Source: a virus. From it: a DNA stretch of 64,000 nucleotides. How positions within the stretch are numbered: the stretch's first letter is position 1; every line of letters starts with the position of its first letter. Positions 57,695 through 64,000 of this stretch are shown here, piece by piece. Location of the stretch: positions 54,935-118,934 of the IMG/VR virus record IMGVR_UViG_3300030419_002087, one strand, 5' to 3'. The position numbers were made by a program, and so were the translations under genes. The notes under the pieces were generated by a model. That model saw nothing but the letters and a program-made list of their open reading frames with translations, was not told the origin of the DNA and searched no databases.

Positions 57695-57715
57695 CCCTAT
57701 AACTAATTTGGAATA

Positions 57716-58042
57716 ATGAGTTTAAAAGTTTTAGTTTTAAAATCTAAAGAGGATGTACTTGCTGAAGTTGCAGAGATACTTGTAGATGATCAGATAGTAG
57801 GGTATAATTTAAAAAATCCTCGTGCTCTTACATTATCACAAGTTAGAACTATTAATGAAGAAGTAGATCCAACAAGAGTCGGTGTTAACTTTACTAAATG
57901 GCAAATATATTCTGATGATACCGAATTTCAGATACCAGCTGATTGGGTAGTTACCATTTGTGAACCTTTAGAATCACTTAGAAAATCTTATGAAGGTAAG
58001 TTAAATGCCACAGAACATACAAGTATTAATCTTAACGAATAA
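57716..58042 (+). CDS. Conserved hypothetical protein upstream of gp43
   Basis: LKSKEDVLAEV...IPADWVVTICEP. Confidence 0.75.
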   Translation: MSLKVLVLKSKEDVLAEVAEILVDDQIVGYNLKNPRALTLSQVRTINEEVDPTRVGVNFTKWQIYSDDTEFQIPADWVVTICEPLESLRKSYEGKLNATEHTSINLNE

Positions 58043-58274
58043 AACGGTTCTTATAGCCGAAGTTACAGAAGTGATGGCCGAGATAGGTGATCCAGATTGT
58101 AAATTAAGTAATACTCATCAACTATTAGATAATGTTACAGAATTAGAAGATCGTATAGTACCTTGGTTAGATTTCACCAATCAATCTGATATAATATTAA
58201 GGTCATCCGATATTCTTACTGTCGTAGAACCCAAACCTGAAATCTTAGCACACTACATTACATTACTTGATTGA
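58005..58274 (+). CDS. Conserved hypothetical protein upstream of gp43 (distant paralog of previous)
   Basis: GDPDCKL...PWL...SSDILTVVEP. Confidence 0.75.
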   Translation: MPQNIQVLILTNKTVLIAEVTEVMAEIGDPDCKLSNTHQLLDNVTELEDRIVPWLDFTNQSDIILRSSDILTVVEPKPEILAHYITLLD

Positions 58275-60766
58275 TGAGATTCTACACGAACGTCCAAATG
58301 GTCGGGGATCAGATTCTTCTTAGAGGATATGAGAACGGTAAACGTTTTTCTAACCGAGAAGTCTTTAACCCGACTCTTTTTGTGCCTACTAAAAAGAAGT
58401 CAAAATATAAAACACTGGAAGGTGAAACTGTAGAACCTATCCAGCCTGGCACTATTCGTGAAACTAGAGATTTTATCAAGAAGTATAATGGTGTAGAGGG
58501 ATTTAATATTTACGGATTTGAACGGTTCATCTATCAATATATTTCTGATAACTATTCTGTTAATCAGATTGAATTTGATATGAGTAAGATCAATCTATTA
58601 ACGATTGATATTGAAACCAAATCTGAAAATGGATTCCCTGATGTTGAGACAGCTTCAGAAGAAGTTCTGTTGATTACTATTCAGGATTTTAACACCAAAG
58701 ATATTATTACATGGGGTACAGGCCCATTTAATAACAAACAGGATAATGTAGATTATCGTCAATGTAGAGATGAGAATCAATTACTTAATTCATTCATACA
58801 ATGGTGGATTGAAAATACTCCTGATGTTGTTACTGGTTGGAACTGTGAGTTCTTTGATTTACCATATCTTGCAACACGTATCAGTCGTGTACTTGGCGAC
58901 AAGTTAATGAAGAGACTTTCTCCTTGGGGTCTTGTGACCCAGCAGGAGATCTTTGTTATGGGGAGAAAGAACTTTTGTGTTGATATTGGTGGTGTATCTA
59001 TATTGGATTATATGCGTCTGTATAGATGGTCGCCTGGTACTCCAAACCAAGAGAGCTTTAGATTAGATTATATAGCTCAACAGGAACTTGGTCAACAGAA
59101 ATTAGATCACTCTGAGTTTGATACATTCAAAGATTTCTATACAAAGGGTTGGCAGAAGTTTGTAGAATATAATATTGTTGACGTTGAACTTGTTGATCGT
59201 TTTGAGGATAAGTTAAAATTAATAGAACTTGCCCTTACTATGGCCTATGATGCCAAAGTAAACTATCAAGATATATTTTTCCAAGTTAGACTTTGGGATT
59301 GTATCATTTATAATTATCTCAAACAGAGAAATATTGTTATCCCTCCAAAAGAAAGATCTGATAAAGATGAAAAATACGCAGGAGCCTATGTCAAGGAACC
59401 AACGCCGGGACGCTATGATTGGGTTGTTAATTTTGACCTCAATAGCCTCTATCCTCATCTTATTATGCAATATAATATCAGTCCAGAAACCCTCTGGGAG
59501 ACTCGACATCCCAGTGCGAGCGTTGAGAGGCTCTTAAATCGAGAGATAGAAATAAATCCAGAGTTTGCAACATGTGCTAATGGAGCACAGTATAGGAAAG
59601 ATGTACGTGGATTTTTGCCTGAGTTAATGCAGAAATATTATGATGAACGTGTGATCTTTAAAAAGAAGATGATTGAGGCTAAGAAGAAAAATGAGAAGAC
59701 CCCCAGTAAGGCATTGGAAAAGGAAATTGCAAGATGCAACAACATCCAAATGGCGAAGAAGATCTCTCTTAATTCTGCTTATGGTGCTATCGGCAATCAG
59801 TACTTCAGGTATTATAAATTAGCGAACGCCGAAGCGATTACTCTATCAGGTCAGGTTAGTATCCGATGGATAGAGAATAAGATGAACCAGTACCTTAATA
59901 AAATTTTGTCCACTAAGGATAAGGATTATGTTATTGCATCTGATACTGATAGCATTTATCTTGATCTCGGCCCTCTGGTTCGGCAAGTTTATGGTGACAA
60001 GATACCTGATAAAGGGAAGGTCGTTGACTTTCTCGATAAGGCTTGCGAAGATCAGATTGAGGTATTCATTGAGAAAAGTTATAAGGAACTTGCGGAGTAT
60101 GTGGCTGCGTATGATCAGAAGATGTTCATGAAGAGAGAGAACATTGCTGATCGTGGAATATGGACTGCAAAGAAGAGATACATATTGAACGTATGGGATA
60201 GTGAGGGTGTCAGATATGCTGATCCCAAACTTAAGATAATGGGTATTGAAGCTGTTAAGTCATCAACTCCCGCTCCTTGTCGTCAGGCTATTAAGGATGC
60301 CCTTAAAGTTATGATGAAGGGTACGGAAGATCAGATGATAGATTTCATTGAAAATTTTCGTAAACAGTTTAAAGAACTTCCTCCAGAAGATATATCCTTT
60401 CCACGTTCTGTGAGTGAAGTTACAAAGTATAAGAGTAATAAAGCCATCTATGAGAAGGGTACACCAATCCATTGTCGTGGATCTTTATTATTCAATCACC
60501 ATGTAAAGAGACTTGGCCTTGAAGGTAAGTATTCTTTAATTAAAAATGGTGAGAAGATTAAGTTCTGTTATTTACGCAATCCCAACCCCATCCATGAGAA
60601 TGTAATGTCTTTCATTCAGGAGTTTCCTAGAGAACTTGGTATCGAAAAGTATGTTGATTATGACTTACAATTTGACAAAAGTTTTCTAGACCCTTTACGA
60701 ATTATATTAGATGTGATAGGATGGCAAGTGGAGAGGACTGCAAATCTAGAATCTTTTTTTAGTTGA
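58271..60766 (+). CDS. gp43: DNA polymerase gp43 (family B)
   Basis: DIET exonuclease motif, FDLNSLYPH, KISLNSAYG, SDTDS, KKRY; uninterrupted. Confidence 0.98.
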   Translation: MMRFYTNVQMVGDQILLRGYENGKRFSNREVFNPTLFVPTKKKSKYKTLEGETVEPIQPGTIRETRDFIKKYNGVEGFNIYGFERFIYQYISDNYSVNQIEFDMSKINLLTIDIETKSENGFPDVETASEEVLLITIQDFNTKDIITWGTGPFNNKQDNVDYRQCRDENQLLNSFIQWWIENTPDVVTGWNCEFFDLPYLATRISRVLGDKLMKRLSPWGLVTQQEIFVMGRKNFCVDIGGVSILDYMRLYRWSPGTPNQESFRLDYIAQQELGQQKLDHSEFDTFKDFYTKGWQKFVEYNIVDVELVDRFEDKLKLIELALTMAYDAKVNYQDIFFQVRLWDCIIYNYLKQRNIVIPPKERSDKDEKYAGAYVKEPTPGRYDWVVNFDLNSLYPHLIMQYNISPETLWETRHPSASVERLLNREIEINPEFATCANGAQYRKDVRGFLPELMQKYYDERVIFKKKMIEAKKKNEKTPSKALEKEIARCNNIQMAKKISLNSAYGAIGNQYFRYYKLANAEAITLSGQVSIRWIENKMNQYLNKILSTKDKDYVIASDTDSIYLDLGPLVRQVYGDKIPDKGKVVDFLDKACEDQIEVFIEKSYKELAEYVAAYDQKMFMKRENIADRGIWTAKKRYILNVWDSEGVRYADPKLKIMGIEAVKSSTPAPCRQAIKDALKVMMKGTEDQMIDFIENFRKQFKELPPEDISFPRSVSEVTKYKSNKAIYEKGTPIHCRGSLLFNHHVKRLGLEGKYSLIKNGEKIKFCYLRNPNPIHENVMSFIQEFPRELGIEKYVDYDLQFDKSFLDPLRIILDVIGWQVERTANLESFFS

Positions 60767-60767
60767 T

Positions 60768-60962
60768 ATGAAAGATCAAAACTCAATTCATGAAGAGGAA
60801 ACTAAAGACCAGAAATGGAATCGTGGACTTGATATCTTTTATGAATCTGTCCATAAACCAGATAATGCATTGAGGGCATGTGCTCATAATCAGAAATGTT
60901 ATTATGAGTTAATGGAAGTTAAAGATGTTGTTTTGGAGTACCTTAAAACACTAAGGAGATGA
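60768..60962 (+). CDS. Small conserved hypothetical protein
   Basis: KWNRGLDIF.ESV.KPD..LR.CAHNQKCY motif. Confidence 0.7.
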   Translation: MKDQNSIHEEETKDQKWNRGLDIFYESVHKPDNALRACAHNQKCYYELMEVKDVVLEYLKTLRR

Positions 60963-61120
60963 AACCAATCAAATGGTCTGCACAAATATTACTACCAAGT
61001 AATAGATTGCAAAAGGTTGAGTTTATGTGTGCATCTAATTTAAGAGAAGATGCAGAGACACGTTGTAAATCTATGTTTGGTGTTACTGATGTTCGTCAAT
61101 TAAAAAGAGAATGGAATTGA
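60959..61120 (+). CDS. Small hypothetical protein (53 aa)
   Basis: MKPIKWSAQILLPSNRLQKVEF...; AGGAG RBS, ATGA overlap. Confidence 0.6.
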   Translation: MKPIKWSAQILLPSNRLQKVEFMCASNLREDAETRCKSMFGVTDVRQLKREWN

Positions 61121-61275
61121 ATGAAGGTGACATAGTTACCGAAATACTACAACTTGGTAGCCTTATTGGCACATGTCAAGAAACCAGCACTCTAAATTCT
61201 ATGGGTAGATCTTCTAAGAAGATTGTGATAGAATATGATGTAAAACAAAAGGAGCAAGATGGACTTACCAATTAA
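61111..61275 (+). CDS. Small hypothetical protein (54 aa)
   Basis: MELNEGDIV...GRSSKKIVIEY. Confidence 0.55.
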   Translation: MELNEGDIVTEILQLGSLIGTCQETSTLNSMGRSSKKIVIEYDVKQKEQDGLTN

Positions 61276-61432
61276 TGATGAAGAACTATCAAGATTAGTT
61301 TGGTGGACTAGTCACATGATGAATGAGGACGAACTACATAGAAAGTTGAAGTTGGTTAAAGAAGTCAGGGATATGAATCCTGGCGGCCCTTATAAAAAAA
61401 TACTTCGTGAAGATCACGGGATGGTTATTTAA
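61259..61432 (+). CDS. Small hypothetical protein (57 aa)
   Basis: MDLPINDEEL...NPGGPYKKILRE; AAGGAG RBS; TAATG coupling to uvsX. Confidence 0.6.
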   Translation: MDLPINDEELSRLVWWTSHMMNEDELHRKLKLVKEVRDMNPGGPYKKILREDHGMVI

Positions 61433-62481
61433 TGGATTTCCTTAAAGAAATAGTAAAAGAAATAGGTGATGAATACACCCAACTCGCCAAAGACATCGAA
61501 GAAGACGAAAGATTCATCGACACAGGTTCATACATCTTTAATGGACTGGTTAGCGGTTCCATTTATGGCGGCGTATCTAGTAATAAGATTACTGCCATCG
61601 CTGGCGAGTCTAGCACTGGTAAAACTTATTTTGCCCTTGCTGTCGTCAAAAACTTTTTGGATACTAATCCTGATGGTTATTGTCTCTATTTTGACACTGA
61701 GGCCGCAGTTAATAAAGGATTACTTGAGTCTCGTGGAGTTGACCTAAAGAGATTGGTTGTTGTTAATGTAGTAACCATTGAGGAGTTTAGACAGAAGGCA
61801 CTTAAGGCAGTTGATATATACTTAAAGAAGGCTCAAGAAGATCGCAAACCCTGTATGTTTGTGTTAGACTCATTGGGTATGCTTTCTACAGAGAAGGAAA
61901 TAAATGATGCATTAAATGATAAACAGGTTCGGGACATGACCAAATCCCAACTTGTTAAAGGTGCATTTAGGATGTTAACTCTGAAACTTGGTCAATCAAA
62001 TATTCCACTTATAGTTACAAATCACACATACGATGTTATCGGCAGTTACATCCCTACTAAAGAAATGGGAGGAGGCTCTGGTCTCAAATATGCCGCGTCT
62101 ACGATCATTTATCTCAGCAAAAAAAAGGAAAAGGATCAGAGCGAGGTTGTTGGACACATTATCACGGCTAAGACGGTTAAATCGAGATTGAGTCGTGAAG
62201 CACGATCAGTCGGAGTTAGGCTCTATTTTGATGAACGAGGCTTGGACAAATTCTATGGGCTCCTTGAGCTCGGAGAACGTCATGGAGTCTTCAAAAAAAT
62301 GGGCACACGTTACCAATTCGGCGAGAAAAAAGTATATGCAAAGACTGTTCTTGAGAATCCTCAAGAATATTTTACCGAAGAAATTATGGAGCAATTAGAT
62401 GCCGCGGCGAGAAAAGAATTCTCCTATGGTTCAGGTGATTCCAAAGATCCTGAGGCCAGAGAATTGTCAACAGTTGATTAG
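61432..62481 (+). CDS. uvsX: RecA-like recombinase UvsX
   Basis: AGESSTGKT, YFDTE, LDSLGML, MGGGSGLKYAAS. Confidence 0.96.
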   Translation: MDFLKEIVKEIGDEYTQLAKDIEEDERFIDTGSYIFNGLVSGSIYGGVSSNKITAIAGESSTGKTYFALAVVKNFLDTNPDGYCLYFDTEAAVNKGLLESRGVDLKRLVVVNVVTIEEFRQKALKAVDIYLKKAQEDRKPCMFVLDSLGMLSTEKEINDALNDKQVRDMTKSQLVKGAFRMLTLKLGQSNIPLIVTNHTYDVIGSYIPTKEMGGGSGLKYAASTIIYLSKKKEKDQSEVVGHIITAKTVKSRLSREARSVGVRLYFDERGLDKFYGLLELGERHGVFKKMGTRYQFGEKKVYAKTVLENPQEYFTEEIMEQLDAAARKEFSYGSGDSKDPEARELSTVD

Positions 62482-62971
62482 TACTTTTGAGGATTGTGTT
62501 GGTTCGGGATACTCTGAAAGAATTGATAATAACGGTACTCCTAGATTTACTCAGGTAAATCTTAATCAAGTTTATATGGATGTTGTTCCATTTCTTGTAC
62601 AGAGAGTAAAGGTAGCAATTGATATTTACAAAGATGTTGTTGGTTCAAGAGCTGATTATCTTCCTAAACCAAAACAGATGGAAGAGTTTCGTGTTAAACG
62701 ATATGAGCCAGAAACTAATGATAGATTTGATGAACATATAGATGCAGCTGATTATCCTTCTGCTAGAAGATATTTGGCATTTTTATTTTATCTTAATGAT
62801 GTTCAAAAAGGAGGACAGACAGAATTCCGTTTTCATGGTAGAATGATTAGACCTGAGGCTGGATCGGTTCTTGTCTTTCCACCTACATGGGAATATCCAC
62901 ATATAGGTCTACCACCCATCAGTGGGCCAAAATACATAATGAGTACATATTTACACTATGGACAGAATTGA
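62426..62971 (+). CDS. 2OG-Fe(II) oxygenase (prolyl 4-hydroxylase-like)
   Basis: HID (HxD), YLNDV..GG.T.F, VFPP.W.YPH, KY. Confidence 0.85.
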   Translation: MVQVIPKILRPENCQQLISTFEDCVGSGYSERIDNNGTPRFTQVNLNQVYMDVVPFLVQRVKVAIDIYKDVVGSRADYLPKPKQMEEFRVKRYEPETNDRFDEHIDAADYPSARRYLAFLFYLNDVQKGGQTEFRFHGRMIRPEAGSVLVFPPTWEYPHIGLPPISGPKYIMSTYLHYGQN

Positions 62972-64000
62972 GACAACGATTATTCGTAACTTGATTCATG
63001 ATCAGGATTATCTACGTAAGATTGTTCCTTTTATAGAACCAGATTATTTTGATAGTCACAAAGATCGTGTAGTATTTGAAGAGATTGCGGAGTTTATTGT
63101 TAAGTATGATAAGCCTGCAACTCAGGAAATTCTTGGTATTGAATTAGAAAGTAGAACTGATGTTACGGATGATGAATATAAGGAAATAAATGAATTTATT
63201 AGTGGGTTAGAAGAAGTTCCTACTAATAAAGAATGGTTAATAGATGCCACAGAAAAGTGGTGTAGAGATCGTGCTATATACTTAGCGTTGATGAAGTCCA
63301 TCAAGATTGCAGATGGACAAGACGACAAGAAAGATAGAGATGCTATCCCTAGTATCCTTAGTGATGCTTTGTCGGTTTCTTTTGACAACCATATTGGACA
63401 CGATTATTTAAACGACTATCAGGAACGTTATGAGGCCTACCACAGGAAAGAAAATCGTATACCGTTTGATCTTGAGTATCTTAATAAGATTACGAAAGGT
63501 GGTCTCCCTAATAAAACTCTTAATATCGCTCTTGCTGGTACGGGTGTCGGAAAAAGTTTATTCATGTGCCACATGGCTAGCTCCGTCTTGTTGCAAGGAC
63601 GGAACGTTTTATACGTTACAATGGAAATGGCAGAAGAACGCATTGCTGAACGAATTGATGCCAACCTCCTTAATGTCAATATTCAGGAACTTACGGATCT
63701 TCCGAAGATGATGTATGAATCTAAGATTAATAAACTTAGTAAGAAAACACAAGGTACATTAATTGTTAAAGAATATCCTACAGCATCAGCACATTGCGGC
63801 CATTTCAAGGCATTAATACAAGAACTTGCACTTAAGAAATCATTTAAACCTGATATAATATTCATAGATTACTTGAATATATGTGCTTCATCAAGATATA
63901 AGGCGAACGGTAATGTCAACTCATACTCCTACATCAAAGCGATTGCAGAAGAACTCCGTGGTCTTGCGGTTGAAGCGAATCTTCCAATTGTATCTGCGAC
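62958..64000 (+). CDS. gp41: Replicative DNA helicase gp41 (DnaB-like), truncated by window end
   Basis: MDRIETTIIRNL, ALAGTGVGKS Walker A, TMEMAEERIAERIDANL, KEYPT, IDYLNI; runs off the window. Confidence 0.95.
   Translation, partial: MDRIETTIIRNLIHDQDYLRKIVPFIEPDYFDSHKDRVVFEEIAEFIVKYDKPATQEILGIELESRTDVTDDEYKEINEFISGLEEVPTNKEWLIDATEKWCRDRAIYLALMKSIKIADGQDDKKDRDAIPSILSDALSVSFDNHIGHDYLNDYQERYEAYHRKENRIPFDLEYLNKITKGGLPNKTLNIALAGTGVGKSLFMCHMASSVLLQGRNVLYVTMEMAEERIAERIDANLLNVNIQELTDLPKMMYESKINKLSKKTQGTLIVKEYPTASAHCGHFKALIQELALKKSFKPDIIFIDYLNICASSRYKANGNVNSYSYIKAIAEELRGLAVEANLPIVSA

Noticed and set aside
57438-57695. 85-aa minus-strand ORF
   Set aside because: Coincides with the GC-rich ncRNA and its plus-strand promoter.
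25210-60766. Introns, inteins or homing endonucleases in gp17, gp20, gp23, gp46, gp43
   Set aside because: All are uninterrupted and of normal length; no LAGLIDADG, GIY-YIG or HNH gene was recognised.
63122-63865. Short ORFs listed at the window end
   Set aside because: The region is the open gp41 helicase frame from 62958, absent from the track only because it lacks a stop in the window.
1-64000. CRISPR array, integrase/transposase, stop-codon reassignment, photosynthesis genes
   Set aside because: No regularly spaced repeats or such genes were seen; core genes translate full-length in the standard code.

Overview
The window is a 64-kb, AT-rich, almost entirely plus-strand segment of a T4-like marine cyanophage (cyanomyovirus, probably infecting Prochlorococcus/Synechococcus). 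It runs through the baseplate/neck/tail/head module (gp7 C-terminus, gp8, a 2511-aa VrlC-like virion protein, gp13-gp23, gp3) and into the recombination/replication module (uvsY, uvsW, gp55, gp47, gp46, gp45, gp44, gp62, regA, gp43, uvsX, start of gp41). Typical cyanophage accessory genes are interspersed (cobS plus a VWA partner, pyrE, hsp20, peptide deformylase, three 2OG-Fe(II) oxygenases), along with a manA-like ncRNA. Two observations stand out. (1) Between gp23 and gp3 sits a compact late-promoter cassette: a class II (Asp/Asn-type) aminoacyl-tRNA-synthetase catalytic core lacking the anticodon-binding domain, 9 nt later a very atypical tRNA (Asn anticodon GTT on a long-variable-arm, Leu/Ser-like body), and then a pseudoknotted RNA element. 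(2) Across the window, CCNGG, CCGG and GGNCC appear only where a GCC/GGC overlaps them, which suggests restriction-site avoidance masked by a phage-encoded GC/GCC cytosine modification. All assignments come from motif recognition and gene order by eye; no database searches were run.
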